Source: an uncultured Candidatus Saccharibacteria bacterium
GTDB taxonomy: Bacteria > Patescibacteriota > Minisyncoccia > Phycocordibacterales > SBAW01
Assembly: GCA_964420015.1 (NCBI GenBank)
Contig: CAYQPO010000001.1
Span: forward strand, 87,048-151,047
Length of the DNA: 64,000 nt
Direction: 5' to 3'
Positions 18,002 to 27,296 of the stretch are shown piece after piece (positions within the stretch are counted from its first letter, which is position 1; each line of letters starts with the position of its first letter). A program made the position numbers and the translations under genes. Under the pieces are notes generated by a model that had not been told where the DNA came from, did not search any database, and saw only the letters and a list, made by a program, of their open reading frames with translations.

Positions 18002-18169
18002 AACATAGTTGCAATATCTTTACGAAGAGCTGGAATGGTTCGATGTCTCTCCCGAGCGAAAAGAATGCTAACGAGCTCCGGCGGATCATTAAAGAAACAA
18101 CTGGCGACAATGTGTCGCTACAGGAGGTCTACAAAATTTGGCACTATCTCCAGAAAATATTTCTCTGCA

Positions 18170-18823
18170 CTAGCTTGTGGAGAGGCAGGAAGCCACCTGT
18201 CCGGCCGGAACAGCCACCATTGTTCGAGACACTGCATTCAGATCACAAACTACGGAAGGCCGGAGAGACTGGCGCATAACAGGTGTTTCGTCCTCGCGTT
18301 CCTCCAGGTGGCGTTCACTCCACCTCGGATCGTTTGGATTGTTGTGTCTGTGGAGCGCGAGCGCGTCGATAATTTCCCGAAGGTGTCCTTGGCATTTTGC
18401 GCGCTCCGGTTCAGGCAGCACGTCGACTAAAAATCGCACATCGTCCACGCTGACCGTGCTCATGATTTTGTGCTGGACCATCTGCTTTTCGCTAAAGTCA
18501 TGGAAGTACTGCAGCCAGAGCTTTTGGCTGAATGGATTGCCTTTGACCGCCGAGCGGTAGATGCCCTCAATCACAGCGCTCGTTTTGCCGAAGGCCCATT
18601 CCTTGCGCAGTGTGGTCACGCGCGCCTCGAAGTCAGGGCGGCGCTTCCATCGCGCCGGCGTGTTGGCGCCTATCTTGTAAAAGTCGACGAACTGTTCCTG
18701 CGTTTCGATGCCAAGTCTCATGCGTTCGCTCGGCGGCATAGCGCTCCAGAGGATAAATTCTGTGTACACGTCGACACGGTTAGGTTCTCTATTTTCACCA
18801 TTTGTCACCATTTGTTTGTTCAT
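18170..18823 (-). CDS. hypothetical protein (possibly phage/island-related)
   Basis: 217-aa ORF with no recognised motif. Confidence 0.35.
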   Translation of the reverse strand: MNKQMVTNGENREPNRVDVYTEFILWSAMPPSERMRLGIETQEQFVDFYKIGANTPARWKRRPDFEARVTTLRKEWAFGKTSAVIEGIYRSAVKGNPFSQKLWLQYFHDFSEKQMVQHKIMSTVSVDDVRFLVDVLPEPERAKCQGHLREIIDALALHRHNNPNDPRWSERHLEEREDETPVMRQSLRPSVVCDLNAVSRTMVAVPAGQVASCLSTS

Positions 18824-19133
18824 GGTTTCGTTGCAAACATGTTGCTACTGTTCGCTTTTTCTTAATTGTACGCCTCCTGCATCAAACGGTGAATGGTGAT
18901 TTTGCCCTTACTGTGGGTCCACGCGCGAGAAGGGGTCGAAGGGCGGTGAATCCTCAACTTGTCATGGGCCATCGCACACCGGGGCGAACAGGGGCTAATT
19001 ATGGGGTAAGGGCGGTTTCTACCTTGTCCCGGTATTGGATAGAATTGCGTAAAGCATGTGTTCGGACATTGTCCAACATGTGGAGCAAACGATTTTAGGT
19101 CTTAAAACAAGGAGATTTTGGGGAGGAGTTTTA

Positions 19134-19493
19134 ATGGTTCGAACCTGTTATACTTCTTTTATGGAAGCTGATTTTTCAAACTTTGCCAATCTAGATATTC
19201 GCGTCGGGACGATTACTAAAGCAGAGCCAGCAAAAACCAATAAACCAACCTATCGAATGACGATAGATTTTGGCCCTGAAATCGGAACGAAGATTTCATG
19301 CGGCGCATATACCAACTACTCGACTGATTATTTGGTCGGAAAACGCGTGGTTGGCGTAGTTAACTTCGCTCCTCGCAAAATGGGACCTGAAGTCTCTGGG
19401 GTTTTAGTTTTGGGTGTGCACGATCCCAATAGCACGGGTACACTCTTCCTCACTGTTGACGGTGAAGCTCCAAACGGCTCAAAGATATTTTAA
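19134..19493 (+). CDS. CsaA/Trbp111-like tRNA-binding domain protein
   Basis: …FANLDIRVGTITKAE…VVNFAPRKM…SGVLVLG… is the EMAP/tRNA-binding OB fold. GGAGG RBS 7 nt before ATG 19134. Confidence 0.7.
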   Translation: MVRTCYTSFMEADFSNFANLDIRVGTITKAEPAKTNKPTYRMTIDFGPEIGTKISCGAYTNYSTDYLVGKRVVGVVNFAPRKMGPEVSGVLVLGVHDPNSTGTLFLTVDGEAPNGSKIF

Positions 19494-19547
19494 GCTCTGG
19501 ATTTAAGAGGAATTGTTTCTAACCTCATTCAGTGCCCGGAGTTCGCA

Positions 19548-20912
19548 CTAGATCCGATATCCCATCTCGCCATGCACGGCCACGTCTAACCCTTCGGCCT
19601 CCTCCTTGGCCGAGACGCGCAATGGGAAGCGCACCCATCCGAGTACTTTGAGGATCACCCAAGTGACAACGAACGAGTAAACACCCACCGCGGCAACGGC
19701 AATAAACTGCACCCACAACTGATGCGGATTGCCAAAGAGGAGTCCATTTTGCCCGGCTGAGTTGATCGCCTGCTCGGCAAACACCCCCGTGAGCAAAGCG
19801 CCGGTGAGCCCGCCTATCCCGTGGCCCGCCCACACATCGAGCGTGTCGTCTATTTTTATTGCTCTGCCGCGAATATAAACGGCAGCATACGTTACTGCCC
19901 CACCCAAGATACCAATCGCAATAGAGGCCACCGGCCCCACAAAGCCCGACGCCGGCGTAATGGCCACAAGGCCACACACCGCGCCTATGGCCGCTGCCAT
20001 GGCCGAGGGGCGGCGATTCTCCGCCCACGAGAGCGCGACCCAAGTGAGCGCTGCCGCTGCAGCTGCGGTATTGGTGACCACAAAGGCGCTTGCGGCGAGC
20101 GCGCCCGAAGCGAGCGCCGACCCCGCGTTGAACCCAAACCACCCAAACCACAGTAGAGCGGCCCCCAAGATCACAAAGGGAACATTGTTGGCAGTAGAGC
20201 CAGGATGACGCGTCTCGAGCCGCTTACCCACCAAAAGCGCCGCCGCAAGCGCCGAGAAGCCAGCGGTCATATGCACCACGGTGCCACCGGCGAAGTCTAG
20301 TGCCCCGAGTGAGTGGAGCCAGCCCATAGGGCTCCATACCCAGTGCGCGACGGGGTCGTACACCAGTGTGGCCCATAGGAGCGTAAATATGACCAGCGTC
20401 TTAAACTTAATGCGCTCAACAAAAGCGCCGATGATGAGCGCCGGTGTAATGATCGCGAACATCGCCTGGAAGATCATAAAGACGAGCGCAGGGATCGTAC
20501 TCGCGTAGTTGGTATCAGGTGCAAACCCCACGCCGCGCAACCCGAAGTGGGCCAGATCGCCCAAAAGACCGTGCCCCAAATCGGGGCCAAACGCGAGCGT
20601 ATATCCCACCACCACCCACTGCACCGAAATGAGCGCCAATATGATCATCGACTGCTTAATCACCGAGACGACATTTTTGCTACTGACCATCCCGCCGTAG
20701 AAAAACCCAACCGCAGGCGTCATGATCATGACCAAGGCCGAGGAGGCGAGCATCCACGCGGTATCCCCGCTCGAGAGCGCGCTTCCTGCGTCGCCCGCCG
20801 AAGCGCCGCCAAACTGTGTCGCTGCCCATCCGACCAGGACCCCGAGCCCCAACCACCCGACCAAGTGCCACACAAAACCCGTCTCGCGTGCCGACCTTAG
20901 AAGTTGTTCCAT
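19548..20912 (-). CDS. amt: ammonium transporter
   Basis: ~11 TM. Amt signature regions (…FFYGGMV…DFAGGTVVHM…). Confidence 0.85.
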   Translation of the reverse strand: MEQLLRSARETGFVWHLVGWLGLGVLVGWAATQFGGASAGDAGSALSSGDTAWMLASSALVMIMTPAVGFFYGGMVSSKNVVSVIKQSMIILALISVQWVVVGYTLAFGPDLGHGLLGDLAHFGLRGVGFAPDTNYASTIPALVFMIFQAMFAIITPALIIGAFVERIKFKTLVIFTLLWATLVYDPVAHWVWSPMGWLHSLGALDFAGGTVVHMTAGFSALAAALLVGKRLETRHPGSTANNVPFVILGAALLWFGWFGFNAGSALASGALAASAFVVTNTAAAAAALTWVALSWAENRRPSAMAAAIGAVCGLVAITPASGFVGPVASIAIGILGGAVTYAAVYIRGRAIKIDDTLDVWAGHGIGGLTGALLTGVFAEQAINSAGQNGLLFGNPHQLWVQFIAVAAVGVYSFVVTWVILKVLGWVRFPLRVSAKEEAEGLDVAVHGEMGYRI

Positions 20913-22324
20913 AGAAGTTGATTAGTCACCTCATGGTGATAAATTATCTCGGTACGCTTTATGGTCGTACCGAGGGCTTTCGGCGAGCGGTCCGCCGCGG
21001 CCTGCTTATAATGCACGAACTTTTCCTTAGACTCTTCGCCTAAGATTTTCGTGACAAATTTGCTCGCCTTACACAGCGCGATCGCGTCGTAGATATTGTC
21101 GGGCAAAAAGCGCAGGCGCTCGCGCTTGTCCTTGTCTTTATGCAACTTCTCGCCCTCGAGCCCTGTCTTGATCATCGTGTAGAGGAGGAGGTAGGGGTTG
21201 GCATCGGGTGCAACGCTACGCAACTCAATGCGCGCGGTGCGTTCGTTGCCCACGGGGATGCGTATCATCGAACCCCGATCGACGGCCGAAACTTTTATTT
21301 GATTAGGTGCCTCGAAGTGTGGGTCGAGCCGGCGATAGGCGTTGACTGAGGAGTTGATGATGAGGCAGATCTCGGGCGCATGGTTGAGGAGTCGAAGGAT
21401 GAAATCCCACGCAATTTTAGAAAGTCCGTCTTGCCCTTTGGGGTCATAAAATATATTCTTGCCATTTTTACTGAGTGAGAAGTTGGTGTGCATGCCTGAG
21501 CCATTGATGCCCATGAACGGCTTAGGGAGAAAGGTCGCGGTCATCCCCATGTTGCGCGCTACTTGCCGGCAAATGAGCTTGTAGAGTTGAATGTTGTCTG
21601 CGGCCCGTACCACCTCGGCGTAGCTAAAGTTCATCTCAAACTGGCTGGGGGCAACTTCGGGGTGGTCCTTTTCGTTTTTAAAGCCCATCGCGCGCTGAGC
21701 CTCGGCCGCAGCATCAATAAAAAGCCGCAGGCGATCCTGCGGGAGTGAGTGGTAGTATCCACCGGTTGTTATGAGCTTGAACCCCTCCTCTACCCTATAG
21801 TGTTGCTCGCTCGCTATGCCGTCGACCAAAAAACCCTCTATTTCGGGTGCAGCAAAAGCGGTCAAGCCCCCTTCGCGTTTAATCTTTTGCGTGAGTGCGC
21901 GCAGCTGACCGCGAAAGTCGCTGTAGTAGGGCGAGCGGTCACGGTTTAAGACCGAAGCGAAAAAGATCACCTTGCCCGGGCCAAAGATCTCCGAGGGCAT
22001 CCAGCGGATAGAGGAGAAATCGACCTCAAGCCGCAAATCGCTCTCGTGCTGCTGCGTAAAGCCGCGGATAGAACTCCCGTCGAAGGTAAGATTATTAAGC
22101 GAGTCGAGGAGGAACTTCTTGTCATAGTCGAGCATGTGCAGGCGCCCTTCTATGTCGGTAAAGCAGATGGTGACGGCCTTGATGCGTTTCTCTTTCTTGA
22201 GATAGGCAGTGTACTTTTTTTGCAATGCGGCGAAGGTGAGCTTTTCCGCATCCCCTTTTGCTTTGAGGTTGATCTCCTCTAACTTGTCGTACGGGATTTC
22301 GAGAAAATTCTTCAGTCCGGTCAT
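20897..22324 (-). CDS. glnA: glutamine synthetase
   Basis: GSGMHTNFS motif. 475 aa. Overlaps the downstream amt start by 16 nt. Confidence 0.85.
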   Translation of the reverse strand: MTGLKNFLEIPYDKLEEINLKAKGDAEKLTFAALQKKYTAYLKKEKRIKAVTICFTDIEGRLHMLDYDKKFLLDSLNNLTFDGSSIRGFTQQHESDLRLEVDFSSIRWMPSEIFGPGKVIFFASVLNRDRSPYYSDFRGQLRALTQKIKREGGLTAFAAPEIEGFLVDGIASEQHYRVEEGFKLITTGGYYHSLPQDRLRLFIDAAAEAQRAMGFKNEKDHPEVAPSQFEMNFSYAEVVRAADNIQLYKLICRQVARNMGMTATFLPKPFMGINGSGMHTNFSLSKNGKNIFYDPKGQDGLSKIAWDFILRLLNHAPEICLIINSSVNAYRRLDPHFEAPNQIKVSAVDRGSMIRIPVGNERTARIELRSVAPDANPYLLLYTMIKTGLEGEKLHKDKDKRERLRFLPDNIYDAIALCKASKFVTKILGEESKEKFVHYKQAAADRSPKALGTTIKRTEIIYHHEVTNQLLWNNF

Positions 22325-22444
22325 TTAAGGATTAATTGGCCAATAATTACTTTAAAATTAATACGAATTAATATTATAGGACTATTAATTAACTGTGGAT
22401 AAGTGTTTGCGCGACACTGAGCCCTTGAGTGTCAAACGAGGGAG

Positions 22445-23605
22445 CTATTTTTTGCTCGTGGTAAGGGTGACCGGCAAGCGGAGCATCCTGGTGACGCTCC
22501 AATCACCAAACGGGTTTACATAGTAGATGTAGAATGAGGACCCAAGTACCAGAGGGTTGCCCCCTGCGGTGTTAAGGAGTGTCGGATAGTAGTATGTGTT
22601 GTTAGGATTTCCTGCGGGGGTAACCGTGGTCGTAGTATTCCAATTGCTGATACCGTCTTGGGAGAACGTAATGTTTATGCTATTCCAGCCATTGTCGTAG
22701 ACCATGGCGTACTGATTAATGGTGGAGACGTAGGCAACATTCGGGTCCCAGCAGGTGCCACTGCAGGGGAAGATAGTGCTAAAGGCCCCGCCGCCGTTTT
22801 GAGGATTGGCGAGATCGGTCACGCCGGGTTGGCTAAATGATCCGTTGTAATATTTTTTGAATACCGTCCCTGCGCCAGAGGTAAACGGCGCTCCTGCCTG
22901 AGCGGCTGCAATGAGCGCAGAGAGTGGTGCGCGGGCCGTGGCCATTTGAAAGCCCGAGCAGTTAGTGCCCATGTCGTTGTAGTACACATAGAGGTACCCA
23001 TCGCCTTTTGAAACGAGTGTGCCGGGGCCCACGTCGATCTGGCAATTATTTGCACGAGCTGTTTGCGGGGCGATCACCTGGCCAAGTTTGTGCCATGTGG
23101 TGCCATGGTCTGCAGAGTAGGCAAGCCCCAGACCCGCATAGAACGGAGTCCCTGAAGTTGGAGAGTACCAGTACTCGCCGTGATAGAGCTGAAGCAACAG
23201 ATTGCTCTTTGCATCAAAGTAGAGGGCTCCTCCGCCTGCATAGTTTTGATCAAAACTACCCGAAGCACCGCGCGCAATGTTTGTAGCAATAGTTATTTTT
23301 GAAATGGTGGTGGTGCTGTTTATGTTGCTCCAGGTCCAACACAATGAGTTGAGGTTAAGGCCGTCGGGAGCGCAGAAAAAGTTGGTTGTGCCCATTTGAG
23401 TTGCTCCAAGTGTCCCATCGGGGGCGTAGATATTTCCAAACGTTGCGGCTCGCTGCGAGGGCGTCATGAGCAGTTGTGAAGAGCCGACGTTTACCGTTAG
23501 AGTACCGGCCTCAGCACTATGAGACAGACCAAGTAATGCAACCACACCGACCGTACAAACTATTAAAATCAAAAACAGGTGTCCTTTAAAATTCTGCATG
23601 CACAT
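22445..23605 (-). CDS. secreted BNR/Asp-box repeat (sialidase-like beta-propeller) protein
   Basis: Signal peptide. Asp-box YSADHGTTW (SxDxGxTW). Rich in Gly, Thr, Asn and Tyr. Confidence 0.55.
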   Translation of the reverse strand: MCMQNFKGHLFLILIVCTVGVVALLGLSHSAEAGTLTVNVGSSQLLMTPSQRAATFGNIYAPDGTLGATQMGTTNFFCAPDGLNLNSLCWTWSNINSTTTISKITIATNIARGASGSFDQNYAGGGALYFDAKSNLLLQLYHGEYWYSPTSGTPFYAGLGLAYSADHGTTWHKLGQVIAPQTARANNCQIDVGPGTLVSKGDGYLYVYYNDMGTNCSGFQMATARAPLSALIAAAQAGAPFTSGAGTVFKKYYNGSFSQPGVTDLANPQNGGGAFSTIFPCSGTCWDPNVAYVSTINQYAMVYDNGWNSINITFSQDGISNWNTTTTVTPAGNPNNTYYYPTLLNTAGGNPLVLGSSFYIYYVNPFGDWSVTRMLRLPVTLTTSKK

Positions 23606-23731
23606 ATGCTAGCACTACTCGGGCTCCTCAGGTAGGACACGAAACCACAAGGGAGCTGCTCTACCCTATTTATGCAAGCTTCATGTTTGCTTCTGCTATA
23701 CTAAAAAGACTATTGGATAACTAACAATGCT

Positions 23732-24070
23732 ATGAAAAAGTACTTTGTGTTGTATATGGCGAGCGAGGGCGACTTTAAAAAAGCGATGGCGCAGATGCCT
23801 ACGATGACCGAGGCAGAGCGCAAAGCGTCGATGGACGAGTGGATGGTGTGGATGAAGAGTAAGGGTGGCGTCGTCGACATGGGTGCACCTTTGGGCAAGA
23901 CCAAACGGGTGACGCCAAGCGCTATAGCCGACGCACGCAACGAAATAGGCGGCTACTCGATCGTCGAGGCCCAGAGCCACGAGGAGGCTGCTCAAAAGAT
24001 GCAAGACAGCCCGCACTTCAAGATGATCCCCGGCGGGTGGATCGAGGTGATGGAGATCATGCCGATGTAG
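23732..24070 (+). CDS. hypothetical small protein (YciI/Dabb-like size)
   Basis: 112-aa ORF. No confident motif. Confidence 0.4.
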   Translation: MKKYFVLYMASEGDFKKAMAQMPTMTEAERKASMDEWMVWMKSKGGVVDMGAPLGKTKRVTPSAIADARNEIGGYSIVEAQSHEEAAQKMQDSPHFKMIPGGWIEVMEIMPM

Positions 24071-24083
24071 TGAGTCGGCCTTG

Positions 24084-24413
24084 CTACTTAGTTTTACTGA
24101 GAACCCATTTTTGTGATGGGCTGAGTGGCTTGTCGTTGCGGTGCATGCAGCCGGCCCAGCAACAAGGTCGGCGCATGCCGCCTTTCAATTTTGAGAGGGC
24201 TTTTTTGATGCGGATGCTGCGCGTCTCGAGCTTTTTACCCGAGATGACCCAACAAATCCACTCGCTGCGCGCGAGCGGCGTGATGTCGTTCCACACCACA
24301 AGTGATTTAGGGCTCGCCGCGAGCGCTGCGCGCAAATCTGGGGGCAGTGTGTGTACGGTGCTGGTAGTAGCAACGGTCGTCATATCAAGCATCCTATCAC
24401 CTACATCGTGCAC
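24084..24413 (-). CDS. YdeI/OmpD-associated (DUF1801-like) family protein
   Basis: …LARSEWICWVISGKKLETRSIRIKKALSKLKGGMRRPCCWAG… The start may be the internal Met (MTTVATT) at 24383. Confidence 0.5.
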   Translation of the reverse strand: MHDVGDRMLDMTTVATTSTVHTLPPDLRAALAASPKSLVVWNDITPLARSEWICWVISGKKLETRSIRIKKALSKLKGGMRRPCCWAGCMHRNDKPLSPSQKWVLSKTK

Positions 24414-24469
24414 AAAAAGTTAATGCTACACTTTTAGTACGGCCGCGCTTCCTTGCGCATGGTGGCCGG

Positions 24470-24835
24470 ATGCACACCAGGAGCAGCAGCATGATCATCC
24501 GCGCATGGGTAGCGGGAGCAGTGCTCTTGGCTACGCCGGCATGGGCAGACTCACCCGAAACGACTCCGCCTAAACCAGCGGGCCGCTATGTTGAGTTTTC
24601 TGTCGACGGAGGCAAAACCTTTGTCAGCACGAGACTCACCAGCGTCGAGTACTGGTTTAAAAAGGGGCAGCTGGTCTTCCGCACTGACCGGTGGAAACAT
24701 ACGACCCCAAGGGAGTTTAGAAATTTCATACGCAAACTGCACCGGCCTCCCACGATCGACTTCAGATCGACCGTGGCCGGCGCAGGAGTGCACGACCAGC
24801 CGCCGCAGGCGGTTGCGACTATCCCAGTGCGCTAG
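24470..24835 (+). CDS. hypothetical secreted protein
   Basis: Signal peptide …AVLLATPAWADSP. Confidence 0.4.
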   Translation: MHTRSSSMIIRAWVAGAVLLATPAWADSPETTPPKPAGRYVEFSVDGGKTFVSTRLTSVEYWFKKGQLVFRTDRWKHTTPREFRNFIRKLHRPPTIDFRSTVAGAGVHDQPPQAVATIPVR

Positions 24836-24865
24836 GGCACCGGGTAACACTTCTGGAGGATCGGG

Positions 24866-25132
24866 ATGAAGAAGCATCTGTTGATTGCGGCTCTGGCAGC
24901 GCTGGCGCTGAACAGCTCTCTGCCGGCGCAGGCCAACGACGCCGACAAAACGGCTCACAATGTCGCCGCGGAGGCGAACCGTGACGCCAAGGCTGCGGCC
25001 CGCGAGTACGATCGTACAGTCGACTGGGTCGGCCGGCGGCTCGAAGGCAATGCAAAGACGCTCGAGCGAGCTGGCGAGAGCATCAGCCAGTTTGCCAAGC
25101 ACCTTGGCCGACACCGCGACCAAAACAAGTAG
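24866..25132 (+). CDS. hypothetical small secreted protein
   Basis: Signal peptide MKKHLLIAALAALALNSSLPAQA. Followed by an intrinsic terminator. Confidence 0.45.
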   Translation: MKKHLLIAALAALALNSSLPAQANDADKTAHNVAAEANRDAKAAAREYDRTVDWVGRRLEGNAKTLERAGESISQFAKHLGRHRDQNK

Positions 25133-25140
25133 CACAAACA

Positions 25141-25175
25141 AGCCCCGGCCATTCGGCCGGGGCTTTCGGTGTTTT
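25141..25175 (+). terminator. rho-independent terminator AGCCCCGGCC-ATTC-GGCCGGGGCT + T-tract
   Basis: Perfect 10-bp GC stem plus TTTCGGTGTTTT. Near-identical to the hairpin at 49704. Confidence 0.7.
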
Positions 25176-25274
25176 GGAACGCGGCAAAATAGCCCCGTTG
25201 GCAAGCCTTTGAGTTTTGTCTATACTGCGGGCGGATTGAGCCGAATTTCATAGCCTGCAACCAAGGAGCGTGCA

Positions 25275-26582
25275 ATGCTTAACGTCCCGAACTTGTCTGA
25301 TGCGTCGCTCCTCGTGCTGCGGCGGATCGAACACTATCTCACGCGGTGGAAGGAGTTCCCCACCCCGTTTGCACTGACCAACGAGGAGGCTCCAAACCGT
25401 GCCTGGAAGCAGCGTCAAAAGATCTTGCGCGAATATCATGCACTGGAAAGTGCTCGAGCAATCGCGCGCACGACGCAAGAGTGGTCCACGGGGAGCGTAA
25501 CTGCACTCGGCGCTGAGCTACTACTGCGGCCACCACAGTGTGGGCCAAAAGACCCCATCTTCCGCGACGAAAAAAGAACGGCCCGGCGCCGACACAGGTT
25601 GCGCGGCAAGCTGGCAGAGGTGTTGCGCTTTATTGGTCGCTTCGTGGGGGAGCATGGGCATTTCCCCTCGCCAGTCACGATCACCGAGTACTTGAGCCAC
25701 AAGGTTACCAGCTGGGGGCGCTCGCACACGATCGCCTATCTGCGTAGACTAGAGGATGAAGGGGTCGTCGCCCGCAAGAAAAAGCACAAGCATGCCGCGT
25801 GGGAGAAAGAAGGGTACATCACTCCCAACGGGCAGATCCTCTACGAGACGCTCCCGCTTGAGCACAAGCCTAAGCGAGAGCGGCCCAAGCGCAAAGGAGG
25901 CGGCATTGCAGCAGACGGCGGCACCAAGTTTAAGAATATGCTGCTCTCGGCCGAAAGGCTGGGGTCGGAGATGATCCAATTTGCCGACCGCTACTCCAAA
26001 CTTGGGGCGCGGGTCAAAAAGGGTAACGCGCGGCAACTGGGCTTGCGTATGGCGACCTTTTCGCTCGAGGAGGGTCGCACCTGCTCGCCCGACTGTGGGT
26101 TGCGCAAGATGTGCTACGCGGGCAAGATGTCACTGCAAAAGCGCATCTTGTACGAGGGCACCAAAACCGCAACACTGCTTGCAGAAGAGATGCGGAGGGC
26201 TGGTCCACTGCACTACCGGGTCAACACGGTGGGCGACATCCCGGACTCGGAGTTCTTGCTGATACTCTTTGCAGGGATTGGTACCTCCCTCTCGACCGCC
26301 TTTGGGTATACCCACTGGCAGCCTGAGGACCCGCTCGGAGCGCAGATCCGTGAGTTCTCGGATCGGTACTGGGACTTCTTTGCAATTCGCACAAGCTACG
26401 AGCACGGCTCCCGCAAGCCCTTGCCCGAGCGTGCGGCAGTTGTTATGCCCGAGTTTAGCAAAAAACTGCTCGAGTTGCACAACGCAGTCCCCTGTCCGCA
26501 ACAATTGGGACAGAGCCTCAGTTGTGCCGCCTGCGGCTATTGTTGGAACACGAGGCGTAACGTCGCGTTTCGACATCACTAG
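25275..26582 (+). CDS. hypothetical protein with tandem winged-helix-like N-terminal regions and a Cys-rich C-terminal domain
   Basis: …TITEYLSHKVTSWGRSHTIAYLRRLEDEGVV… HTH-like. C-terminal CSPDCGLRKMCYAG…CPQQ…CAACGYC. Confidence 0.4.
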   Translation: MLNVPNLSDASLLVLRRIEHYLTRWKEFPTPFALTNEEAPNRAWKQRQKILREYHALESARAIARTTQEWSTGSVTALGAELLLRPPQCGPKDPIFRDEKRTARRRHRLRGKLAEVLRFIGRFVGEHGHFPSPVTITEYLSHKVTSWGRSHTIAYLRRLEDEGVVARKKKHKHAAWEKEGYITPNGQILYETLPLEHKPKRERPKRKGGGIAADGGTKFKNMLLSAERLGSEMIQFADRYSKLGARVKKGNARQLGLRMATFSLEEGRTCSPDCGLRKMCYAGKMSLQKRILYEGTKTATLLAEEMRRAGPLHYRVNTVGDIPDSEFLLILFAGIGTSLSTAFGYTHWQPEDPLGAQIREFSDRYWDFFAIRTSYEHGSRKPLPERAAVVMPEFSKKLLELHNAVPCPQQLGQSLSCAACGYCWNTRRNVAFRHH

Positions 26583-26636
26583 TCGACAGCCAACCAACAC
26601 TCCCGGCGCAGCCTCCTTAGGCTGCGCCGGTATCTT

Positions 26637-27125
26637 TTATTTCAGCTTAACCGAGTTGAGCGCGGTGTTAGCCGCCGAAATATCAGCGATGATTGCGACC
26701 AAGCTATTAGAGATGTTGCTCGCATTGCTCGCGGTGATCGCAACTCCTTTAAGCGCCGCAAGGCGGTTTGATGCATCTTTCATCGCTGCAATTGCTGCAT
26801 CCATGTTGTTGCCCTTGGCTGCCGCGACACTAACTGCGAGCGAGAGTTTCGGGACGATCACATCGAGCGCTGCTACCGCGCCTGCGACCTCAGCTGCGGC
26901 CGCAGTGAGTTTGGCCGAGTCGCTGCCGGCAGCTTTAATGTCAGCTGCGGCCTTGTTGGTAATATTGACCACGCCGACGCTCGAGGGTGCTACACCGGCG
27001 TTGTTGGCGTTAGCTGCGGCAGCACCTTGAGAGCCTGCCGACACGCCCGGGATAATCCCCGCCCACCACAAAAGCCCTACAATAATTGCTGCGACGATCA
27101 CACCCCAGATAACCTTTTGAGACAT
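26637..27125 (-). CDS. hypothetical Ala-rich membrane-anchored protein
   Basis: N-terminal TM. Low-complexity A/S/N-rich helical repeats. Confidence 0.4.
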   Translation of the reverse strand: MSQKVIWGVIVAAIIVGLLWWAGIIPGVSAGSQGAAAANANNAGVAPSSVGVVNITNKAAADIKAAGSDSAKLTAAAAEVAGAVAALDVIVPKLSLAVSVAAAKGNNMDAAIAAMKDASNRLAALKGVAITASNASNISNSLVAIIADISAANTALNSVKLK

Positions 27126-27296
27126 ATAAAAAACTTAAAAAATAAATATAAACCCACTCCCCTTCAGTATAGCTTCATATTTATTTCTTGCACTGGGCTT
27201 TGGGGACAGCCAACTGAACTTAACGAACCTTTAATACCAGTCGCTGTAGCATAGGCTCGTGCGCATATTACTCGGCATAAAACCCATTAAAAAATT

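Larger units (their letters stand above)
8241..18056. mobile_element. integrative island inserted at the tRNA-Asn 3' end (serine-recombinase type), AT-rich relative to its flanks
   Basis: The recombinase gene abuts and overlaps the tRNA 3' end. GC content drops to ~38-45% over 8.3-18.0 kb. A degenerate tRNA-3'-end-like sequence (GGTTCGA…CCCGAG) lies at 18036..18055. Confidence 0.55.

Noticed and set aside
18036-18055. Degenerate tRNA-3'-end-like sequence as a definitive attR
   Set aside because: Only ~12/20 ungapped (about 17/21 gapped) identity. Kept only as supporting evidence for the island boundary, not annotated as a repeat feature.
19525-20900. ORFs 19525..20151(-), 19821..20156(+), 20547..20900(+) overlapping amt
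   Set aside because: Alternative-frame or antisense ORFs within a convincing 11-TM ammonium transporter gene. Arg/Pro-rich composition artefacts of high GC.
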